DNA of 64,000 bases from the human T2T-CHM13v2.0 reference genome, Homo sapiens: assembly GCF_009914755.1 (NCBI RefSeq), contig NC_060946.1, one strand, 5' to 3'. The notes beneath the pieces were generated by a model. The model saw only the letters and a program-made list of their open reading frames with translations. It was not told the origin of the DNA and did not search any database. Position numbers and translations under genes: made by a program. Every line of letters begins with the position of its first letter. Within the stretch, counting starts at the first letter, position 1. Positions 51,101 to 62,200 of this stretch are shown piece by piece.

Positions 51101-54100
51101 CTCATGTGATGCATCTCTTACCTAGGCTTTGCCTACAGGGGACATTGTGACATATCTCTGCACTGATCTCCCAGGTGCTGTAACTTTAGTCTAGGCTCTG
51201 GCTACACGGCATTGTGACATATCACTGCACTGATCAACCAGGTGCTATAACTCTTGTATAGGCTCTGCCTACAGGGGGATTGTGACCTACCTCTGCACTG
51301 ATCACCCAGGTGATATAACTCTTCTCTAGGATCTTCCTACAGGGTACTTTGTGACATATCCCTGCACTGATCACCCAGGTGATCTATCTCTGGTCTAAGC
51401 TCTGCCTAAAGGGGCATTGTGACAGATCTCTGCACTGATCACTCAGGTGATGTAAGTATTGTCTAGGCTCTGCTTCAAGGGGCCTTGTCACATATCTCTG
51501 CACTGATCACCCAGGTGATGTAACTCTTGTCTAGGCTCTGCTTCCAGGGCATATTGTGACATATCTATGCACTGATCACCTTAGTGATGTAACACTTTGG
51601 TAGGCTCGGCATACAAGGGAATCTTGACATATCTCTGCACTGTTAACCGAGGTGATTTAACTCTTGTCTAGGCTGTGCCCACAGGGGGATTGAGACATAT
51701 CTCTGCACTAATCCCGAGGTGATACAATTCTTGCCTGGTCTCTGCCTACTGTGGACATTGTGACATATCTCTGCACTGATCTCCCAGGTGCTGTAACTTT
51801 AGTCTAGGCTCTGGCTACACGGCATTGTGACATATCACTGCACTGATCACCCAGGCGATATAACTCTTCTCTAGGATCTGACCACAGGGTGCTTTGTGAC
51901 ATATCCCTGCAATGATCACCCAGGTGATATACCACTTGCCAAGGCTCTGCCTACAGGGGCATTGCAATGTGTCTCTGCACTGATCACCTAGGTCTTGTAG
52001 CTATTTTCTAGGATGTGCCTACAGGGTGCTTTGTGACGTGTCCCAGCAAGGATTACCCAGGTGATGTACCTCTCATCAAGGCTCTGCCTACAGGCACATT
52101 GTGATGTATCTCTGCACTGATCACCTAGGTCATGTAAATTTTGTCTAGGCTCTACCTACGATGGCATTGTGACATATCTCTGCACTAATCATCCAAGTGA
52201 TGTAACTCTTGTCTAGGATGTGCCTAAATTAACTTTTTGACATAACCCTGTACTGATCATCCAGGTGATGGAGCTTTTGTCTAGGCTCTGCCTAAGGGGG
52301 CATTGTGACATATTTCTGCATTGATCCCCCAGGTGGCGAACTCTTCTCTCGGATCTGCCTATGGGGGCATTGTGAGAAATCTCTGCACTGATCACCCAGG
52401 TGATGTAACTGTTGTGTAACCTCTGCCTACAGGGGAATTGTGAGAGATCTCGCCACTGATTACCCAAGTGATGTAACCGTTGTCTAGGCTTTGCGTACAG
52501 GGGGCTTTGTGACATACCTTTGCACTGATCACCCAGGTGATGTAACACATCTAAGTTCGGCCTAAAGGAGCTTTGTGACATATCTCTGCACTGATCGCTT
52601 AGGTGATGTAACACTTTTATAATCACTGCCTACAGGGAATTTTGACAAATCTCTGCACTGATCACCTAGGTGATGTAACTCTTGTCTACCCTCTGTCCAA
52701 CGGGGCATTGTGAAATATCTCTGCACAGATCACCCAGGTGATTCAACTCTTGACTAGGAACTGCCTACAGAGGTTATTGTGAAATATCTCTGCACTGATA
52801 AACTAGGTGGTGTAACCCTTGTCCAAGCTCTGCCTACAGGGGCGTTTCCACATATCCCTGAACAGATGACAGTGGTGATGTAACTCTTGCCTAGGCTTTG
52901 CCTACAGGGAACATTGGACATATATCTGCACTGATCACCCAGGTGATGCAACTCTTGCCTAGGCTTTGCCTACAGGGGACATTGTGACATATCTCTTCAA
53001 TGATCACTCATGTGATGCATCTCTTGCCTAGGCTTTGCCTACAGGGGACATTGTGACATATCTCTGCACTGATCTCCCAGGTGCTGTAACTTTAGTCTAG
53101 GCTCTGGCTACACGGCATTGTGACATATCACTGCACTGATCAACCAGGTGATATAACTCTTGTATAGGCTCTGCCTACAGGGGGATTGTGACCTACATCT
53201 GCACTGATCACCCAGGTGATATAACTCTTCTCTAGGTTCTTCCTACAGGGTACTTTGTGACATATCCCTGCACTGATCACCCAGGTGATCTATCTCTGGT
53301 CTAAGCTCTGCCTAAAGGGGCATTGTGACAGATCTCTGCACTGATCACTCAGGTGATGTAAGTATTGTCTAGGCTCTGCTTCAAGGGGCCTTGTCACATA
53401 TCTCTGCACTGATCACCCTGGTGATGTAACTCTTGTCTAGGCTCTGCTTCCAGGGCATATTGTGACATATCTATGCACTGATCACCTTAGTGATGTAACA
53501 CTTTGGTAGGCTCGGCCTACAGGGGAATCTTGACATATCTCTGCACTGTTAACCGAGGTGATTTAACTCTTGTCTAGGCTGTGCCCACAGGGGAATTGAG
53601 ACATATCTCTGCACTGATCCCGAGGTGATACAACTCTTGCCTGGTCTCTGCCTACTGTGGACATTGTGACATAACTCTGCACTGATCTCCCAGGTGCTGT
53701 AACTTTAGTCTAGGCTCTGGCTACACGGCATTGTGACATATCACTGCACTGATCACCCAGGCGATATAACTCTTCTCTAGGATCTGACGACAGGGTGCTT
53801 TGTGACATATCCCTGCAATGATCACCCAGGTGATATACCACTTGCCAAGGCTCTGCCTACAGTGGCATTGCAATGTATCTCTGCACTGATCACCTAGGTC
53901 TTGTAGCTATTTTCTAGGATCTGCCTACAGGGTGCTTTGTGACGTGTCCCAGCAAGGATTACCCAGGTGATGTACCTCTCATCAAGGCTCTGCCTACAGG
54001 CACATTGTGATGTATCTCTGCACTGATCACCTAGGTCATGTAAATTTTGTCTAGGCTCTACCTACGATGGCATTGTGACATATCTCTGCACTAATCATCC

Positions 54101-56194
54101 AAGTGATGTAACTCTTGTCTAGGATGTGCCTAAATTAACTTTTTGACATAATCCTGTACTGATCATCCAGGTGATGGAGCTTTTGTCTAGGCTCTGCCTA
54201 AGGGGGCATTGTGACATATTTCTGCATTGATCCCCCAGGTGGCGAACTCTTCTCTCGGATCTGCCTATGGGGGCATTGTGAGAAATCTCTGCACTGATCA
54301 CCCAGGTGATGTAACTGTTGTGTAACCTCTGCCTACAGGGGAATTGTGAGAGATCTCGCCACTGATTACCCAAGTGATGTAACCGTTGTCTAGGCTTTGC
54401 GTACAGGGGGCTTTGTGACATACCTTTGCACTGATCACCCAGGTGATGTAACACATCTAAGTTCGGCCTAAAGGAGCTTTGTGACATATCTCTGCACTGA
54501 TCGCTTAGGTGATGTAACACTTTTATAATCACTGCCTACAGGGAAATTTGACAAATCTCTGCACTGATCACCTAGGTTATGTAACCCTTGTCTACCCTCT
54601 GTCCAACGGGGCATTGTGAAATATCTCTGCACAGATCACCCAGGTGATTCAACTCTTGACTAGGAACTGCCTACAGAGGTTATTGTGAAATATCTCTGCA
54701 CTGATAAACTAGGTGGTGTAACCCTTGTCCAAGCTCTGCCTACAGGGGCGTTTCCACATATCCCTGAACAGATGACAGTGGTGATGTAACTCTTGCCTAG
54801 GCTTTGCCTACAGGGAACATTGGACATATATCTGCACTGATCACCCAGGTGATGCAACTCTTGCCTAGGCTTTGCCTACAGGGGACATTGTGACATATCT
54901 CTTCAATGATCACTCATGTGATGCATCTCTTGCCTAGGCTTTGCCTACAGGGGACATTGTGACATATCTCTGCACTGATCTCCCAGGTGCTGTAACTTTA
55001 GTCTAGGCTCTGGCTACACGGCATTGTGACATATCACTGCACTGATCAACCAGGTGATATAACTCTTGTATAGGCTCTGCCTACAGGGGGATAGTGACCT
55101 ACCTCTGCACTGATCACCCAGGTGATATAACTCTTCTCTAGGATCTTCCTACAGGGTACTTTGTGACATATCCCTGCACTGATCACCCAGGTGATCTATC
55201 TCTGGTCTAAGCTCTGCCTAAAGGGGCATTGTGACAGATCTCTGCACTGATCACTCAGGTGATGTTAGTATTGTCTAGGCTCTGCTTCAAGGGGCCTTGT
55301 CACATATCTCTGCACTGATCACCCAGGTGATGTAACTCTTGTCTAGGCTCTGCTTCCAGGGCATATTGTGACATATCTATGCACTGATCACCTTAGTGAT
55401 GTAACACTTTGGTAGGCTCGGCCTACAGGGGAATCTTGACATATCTCTGCACTGTCAACCGAGGTGATTTAACTCTTGTCTAGGCTGTGCCCACAGGGGG
55501 ATTGAGACATCTCTCTGCACTGATCCCGAGGTGATACAACTCTTGCCTGGTCTCTGCCTACGGTGGACATTGTGACATATCTCTGCACTGATCTCCCAGG
55601 TGCTGTAACTTTAGTCTAGGCTCTGGCTACACGGCATTGTGACATATCACTGCACTGATCACCCAGGCGATATAACTCTTCTCTAGGATCTGACCACAGG
55701 GTGCTTTGTGACATATCCCTGCAATGATCACCCAGGTGATATACCACTTGCCAAGGCTCTGCCTACAGGGGCATTGCAATGTATCTCTGCACTGATCACT
55801 TAGGTCTTGTAGCTATTTTCTAGGATCTGCCTACAGGGTGCTTTGTGACGTGTCCCAGCAAGGATTACCCAGGTGATGTACCTCTCATCAAGGCTCTGCC
55901 TACAGGCACATTGTGATGTATCTCTGCACTGATCACCTAGCTCATGTAAATTTTGTCTAGGCTCTACCTATGATGGCATTGTGACATATCTCTGCACTAA
56001 TCATCCAAGTGATGTAACTCTTGTCTAGGATGTGCCTAAATTAACTTTTTGACATAACCCTGTACTGATCATCCAGGTGATGGAGCTTTTGTCTAGGCTC
56101 TGCCTAAGGGGGCTTTGTGACATATTTCTGCATTGATCCCCCAGGTGGCGAACTCTTCTCTCGGATCTGCCTATGGGGGCATTGTGAGAAATCT
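45173..56194 (+). repeat. Canonical 28-mer HOR units (five complete plus M1-M22 of a sixth)
   Basis: Landmarks at 45173, 47079, 48985, 50891, 52797 and 54703, spaced 1906 bp; M6 is present again from ~45514. Confidence 0.92.
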
Positions 56195-56216
56195 CTGCAC
56201 TGATCACCCAGGTGAT
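56195..56216 (+). other. Junction of a 13-monomer (885-bp) deletion joining the M22/M23 boundary to M8
   Basis: Observed gagaaatct-CTGCACTGATCACCCAGGTGAT-ctatctctgg. Landmark spacing 54703->57630 is 2927 = 1906+1021; the ORF track shows 56025->57046 = 1021. Confidence 0.92.
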
Positions 56217-59200
56217 CTATCTCTGGTCTAAGCTCTGCCTAAAGGGGCATTGTGACAGATCTCTGCACTGATCACTCAGGTGATGTAAGTATTGTCTAGG
56301 CTCTGCTTCAAGGGGCCTTGTCACATATCTCTGCACTGATCACCCAGGTGATGTAACTCTTGTCTAGGCTCTGCTTCCAGGGCATATTGTGACATATCTA
56401 TGCACTGATCACCTTAGTGATGTAACACTTTGGTAGGCTCGGCCTAGAGGGGAATCTTGACATATCTCTGCACTGTTAACCGAGGTGATTTAACTCTTGT
56501 CTAGGTTGTGCCCACAGGGGGATTGAGACATATCTCTGCACTGATCCCGAGGTGATACAACTCTTGCCTGGTCTCTGCCTACTGTGGACATTGTGACATA
56601 TCTCTGCACTGATCTCCCAGATGCTGTAACTTTAGTCTAGGCTCTGGCTACACGGCATTGTGACATATCACTGCACTGATCACCCAGGCGATATAACTCT
56701 TCTCTAGGATCTGACCACAGGGTGCTTTGTGACATATCCCTGCAATGATCACCCAGGTGATATACCACTTACCAAGGCTCTGCCTACAGGGGCATTGCAA
56801 TGTATCCCTGCACTGATCACCTAGGTCTTGTAGATATTTTCTAGGATCTGCCTACAGGGTGCTTTGTGACGTGTCCCAGCAAGGATTACCCAGGTGATGT
56901 ACCTCTCATCAAGGCTCTGCCTACAGGCACATTGTGATGTATCTCTGCACTGATCACCTAGGTCAAGGAAATTTTGTCTAGGCTCTACCTACGATGGCAT
57001 TGTGACATATCTCTGCACTAATCATCCAATTGATGTAACTCTTGTTTAGGATGTGCCTAAATTAACTTTTTGACATAACCCTGTACTGATCATCCAGGTG
57101 ATGGAGGTTTTGTCTAGGCTCTGCCTAAGGGGACATTGTGACATATTTCTGCATTGATCCCCCAGGTGGCGAACTCTTCTCTCGGATCTGCCTATGGGGG
57201 CATTGTGAGAAATCTCTGCACTGATCACCCAGGTGATGTAACTGTTGTGTAACCTCTGCCTACAGGGGAATTGTGAGAGATCTCGCCACTGATTACCCAA
57301 GTGATGTAACCGTTGTCTAGGCTTTGCGTACAGGGGGCTTTGTGACATACCTTTGCACTGATCACCCAGGTGATGTAACACATCTAAGTTCGGCATAAAG
57401 GAGCTTTGTGACATATCTCTGCACTGATCGCTTAGGTGATGTAACACTTTTATAATCACTGCCTATAGGGAATTTTGACAAATCTCTGCACTGATCACCT
57501 AGGTGATGTAACTCTTGTCTACCCTCTGTCCAACGGGGCATTGTGAAATATCTCTGCACAGATCACCCAGGTGATTCAACTCTTGACTAGGAACTGCCTA
57601 CAGAGGTTATTGTGAAATATCTCTGCACTGATAAACTAGGTGGTGTAACCCTTGTCCAAGCTCTGCCTACAGTGGCGTTTCCACATATCCCTGAACTGAT
57701 GACAGAGGTGATGTAACTCTTGCCTAGGCTTTGCCTACAGGGAACATTGGACCTATATCTGCACTGATCACCCAGGTGATGCAACTCTTGCCTAGGCTTT
57801 GCCTACAGGGGACATTGTGACATATCTCTTCAATGATCACTCATGTGATGCATCTCTTGCCTAGGCTTTGCCTACAGGGGACATTGTGACATATCTCTGC
57901 ACTGATCTCCCAGGTGCTGTAACTTTAGTCTAGGCTCTGGCTACACGGCATTGTGACATATCACTGCACTGATCAACCAGGTGATAAAACTCTTGTATAG
58001 GCTCTGCCTACAGGGGGATTGTGACCTACCTCTGCACTGATCACCCAGGTGATATAACTCTTCTCTAGGATCTTCCTACAGGGTACTTTGTGACATATCC
58101 CTGCACTGATCACCCAGGTGATCTATCTCTGGTCTAAGCTCTGCCTAAAGGGGCATTGTGACAGATCTCTGCACTGATCACTCAGGTGATGTAAGTATTG
58201 TCTAGGCTCTGCTTCAAGGGGCCTTGTCACATATCTCTGCACTGATAACCCAGGTGATGTAACTCTTGTCTAGGCTCTGCTTCCAGGGCATATTGTGACA
58301 TATCTATGCACTGATCACCTTAGTGATGTAACACTTTGGTAGGCTCGGCCTACAGGGGAATCTTGACATATCTCTGCACTGTTAACCGAGGTGATTTAAC
58401 TCTTCTCTAGGTTGTGCCCACAGGGGGATTGAGACATATCTCTGCACTGATCCCGAGGTGATACAACTCTTGCCTGGTCTCTGCCTACTGTGGACATTGT
58501 GACATATCTCTGCACTGATCTCCCAGGTGCTGTAACTTTAGTCTAGGCTCTGGCTACACGGCATTGTGACATATCACTGCACTGATCACCCAGGCGATAT
58601 AACTCTTCTCTAGGATCTGACCACAGGGTGCTTTGTGACATATCCCTGCAATGATCACCCAGGTGATATACCACTTGCCAAGGCTCTGCCTACAGGGGCA
58701 TTGCAATGTATCTCTGCACTGATCACCTAGGTCTTGTAGATATTTTCTAGGATCTGCCTACAGGGTGCTTTGTGACGTGTCCCAGCAAGGATTACCCAGG
58801 TGATGTACCTCTCATCAAGGCTCTGCCTACAGGCACATTGTGATGTATCTCTGCACTGATCACCTCTGTCATGTAACTTTTTTCTAGGCTCTACCTACGA
58901 TGGCATTGTGACATATCTCTGCTCTAATCGTCCAAGTGATGTAACTCTTGTCTAGGATGTGCCTTAGTTAACTTTTTGACATAACCCTGTACTGATCATC
59001 CAGGTGATGGAGCTTTTGTCTAGGCTCTGCCTAAGGGGGCATTGTGACATATTTCTGCATTGATCCCCCAGGTGGCGAACTCTTCTCTCGGATCTGCCTA
59101 TGGGGGCATTGTGAGAAATCTCTGCACTGATCACCCAGGTGATGTAACTGTTGTGTAACCTCTGCCTACAGGGGAATTGTGAGAGATCTCGCCACTGATT

Positions 59201-62200
59201 ACCCAAGTGATGTAACCGTTGTCTAGGCTTTGCGTACAGGGGGCTTTGTGACATACCTTTGCACTGATCACCCAGGTGATGTAACACATCGAAGTTGGGC
59301 CTAAAGGAGCTTTGTGACATATCTCTGCACTGATCGCTTAGGTGATGTAACACTTTTATAATCACTGCCTACAGGGAATTTTGACAAATCTTTGCACTGA
59401 TCACCTAGGTGATGTAACACTTGTCTACCCTCTGTCCAACGGGGCATTGTGAAATATCTCTGCACTGATCACCCAGGTGATTCAACTCTTGACTAGGAAC
59501 TGCCTACAGAGGTTATTGTGAAATATCTCTGCACTGATTAACTAGGTGGTGTAACCCTTGTCCAAGCTCTGCCTACAGGGGCGTTTCCACATATCCCTGA
59601 ACTGATGACAGAGGTGATGTAACTCTTGCCTAGGCTTTGCCTACAGGGAACATTGGACATATATCTGCACTGATCACCCAGGTGATGCAACTCTTGCCTA
59701 GGCTTTGCCTACAGGGGACATTGTGACATATCTCTTCAATGATCACTCATGTGATGCATCTCTTGCCTAGGCTTTGCCTACAGGGGACATTGTGACATAT
59801 CTCTGCACTGATCTCCCAGGTGCTGTAACTTTAGTCTAGGCTCTGGCTACACGGCATTGTGACATATCACTGCACTGATCAACCAGGTGATATAACTCTT
59901 GTATAGGCTCTGCCTACAGGGGGATTGTGACCTACCTCTGCACTGATCACCCAGGTGATATAACTCTTCTCTAGGATCTTCCTACAGGGTACTTTGTGAC
60001 ATATCCCTGCACTGATCACCCAGGTGATCTATCTCTGGTCTAAGCTCTGCCTAAAGGGGCATTGTGACAGATCTCTGCACTGATCACTCAGGTGATGTAA
60101 GTATTGTCTAGGCTCTGCTTCAATGGGCCTTGTCACATATCTCTGCACTGATCACCCAGGTGATGTAACTCTTGTCTAGGCTCTGCTTCCAGGGCATATT
60201 GTGACATATCTATGCACTGATCACCTTAGTGATGTAACACTTTGGTAGGCTCGGCCTACAGGGGAATCTTGACATATCTCTGCACTGTTAACCGAGGTGA
60301 TTTAACTCTTGTCTAGGTTGTGCCCACAGGGGGATTGAGACATATCTCTGCACTGATCCCGAGGTGATACAACTCTTGCCTGGTCTCTGCCTACTGTGGA
60401 CATTGTGACATATCTCTGCACTGATCTCCCAGATGCTGTAACTTTAGTCTAGGCTCTGGCTACACGGCATTGTGACATATCACTGCACTGATCACCCAGG
60501 CGATATAACTCTTCTCTAGGATCTGACCACAGGGTGCTTTGTGACATATCCCTGCAATGATCACCCAGGTGATATACCACTTGCCAAGGCTCTGCCTACA
60601 GGGGCATTGCAATGTATCTCTGCACTGATCACCTAGGTCTTGTAGCTATTTTCTAGGATCTGCCTACAGGGTGCTTTGTGACGTGTCCCAGCAAGGATTA
60701 CTCAGGTGATGTACCTCTCATCAAGGCTCTGCCTACAGGCACATTGTGATGTATCTCTGCACTGATCACCTAGGTCATGTAACTTTTTTCTAGGCTCTAC
60801 CTACGATGGCATTGTGACATATCTCTGCACTAATCATCCAAGTGATGTAACTCTTCTCTAGGATTTGCCTAAATTAACTTTTTGACATAACCCTGTACTG
60901 ATCATCCAGGTGATGGAGCTTTTGTCTAGGCTCTGCCTAACGGGGCATTGTGACATATTTCTGCATTGATCACCCAGGTGGCGAACTCTTCTCTCGGATC
61001 TGCTATGGGGGCATTGTGAGAAATCTCTGCACTGATCACCCAGGTGATGTAACTGTTGTGTAACCTCTGCCTACAGGGGAATTGTGAGAGATCTCGTCAC
61101 TGATTACCCAAGTGATGTAACCGTTGTCTAGGCATTGCATACAGGGGGCTTTGTGACATACCTTTGCACTGATCACCCAGGTGATGTTACACATCTAACT
61201 TCGGCCTAAAGGAGCTTTGTGACATATCTCTGCACTGATCTCTTAGGTGATGTAACACTTTTATAATCACTGCCTACAGGGAATTTTGACAAATCTCTGC
61301 ACTGATCACCTAGGTGATGTAACTCTTGTCTACCCTCTGTCCAACGGGGCATTGTGAAATATCTCTGCACTGATCACCCAGGTGATTCAACTCTTGACTA
61401 GGAACTGCCTACAGAGGTTATTGTGAAATATCTCTGCACTGATAAACTAGGTGGTGTAACCCTTGTCCAAGCTCTGCCTACAGGGGCGTTTCCACATATC
61501 CCTGAACTGATGACAGAGGTGATGTAACTCTTGCCTAGGCTTTGCCTACAGGGAACATTGGACATATATCTGCACTGATCACCCAGGTGATGCAACTCTT
61601 GCCTAGGCTTTGCCTACAGGGGACATTGTGACATATCTCTTCAGTGATCACTCATGTGATGCATCTCTTGCCTAGGCTTTGCCTACAGGGGACATTGTGA
61701 CATATCTCCGCACTGATCTCCCAGGTGTTGTAACTTTAGTCTAGGCTCTGGCTACACGGCATTGTGACATATCACTGCACTGATCAACCAGGTGATATAA
61801 CTCTTGTATAGGCTCTGCCTACAGGGGGATTGTGACCTACCTCTGCACTGATCACCCAGGTGATATAACTCTTCTCTAGGATCTTCCTACAGGGTACTTT
61901 GTGACATATCCCTGCACTGATCACCCAGGTGATCTATCTCTGGTCTAAGCTCTGCCTAAAGGGGCATTGTGACAGATCTCTGCACTGATCACTCAGGTGA
62001 TGTAAGTATTGTCTAGGCTCTGCTTCAAGGGGCCTTGTCACATATCTCTGCACTGATCACCCAGGTGATGTAACTCTTGTCTAGGCTCTGCTTCCAGGGC
62101 ATATTGTGACATATCTATGCACTGATCACCTTAGTGATGTAACACTTTGGTAGGCTCGGCCTACAGGGGAATCTTGACATATCTCTGCACTGTTAACCGA

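Noticed and set aside
55173-57216. Reading the 1021-bp period as a simple tandem duplication of 15 monomers
   Set aside because: The two copies differ at lineage-diagnostic SNVs and the second matches the ~25.8-kb unit, which favours deletion or unequal exchange.
23920-61010. 1-2 bp indels at ~23925, ~37168, ~42225 and ~61003
   Set aside because: They are singletons, mostly at short homopolymers, and cannot be told from slippage or sequencing error without reads.
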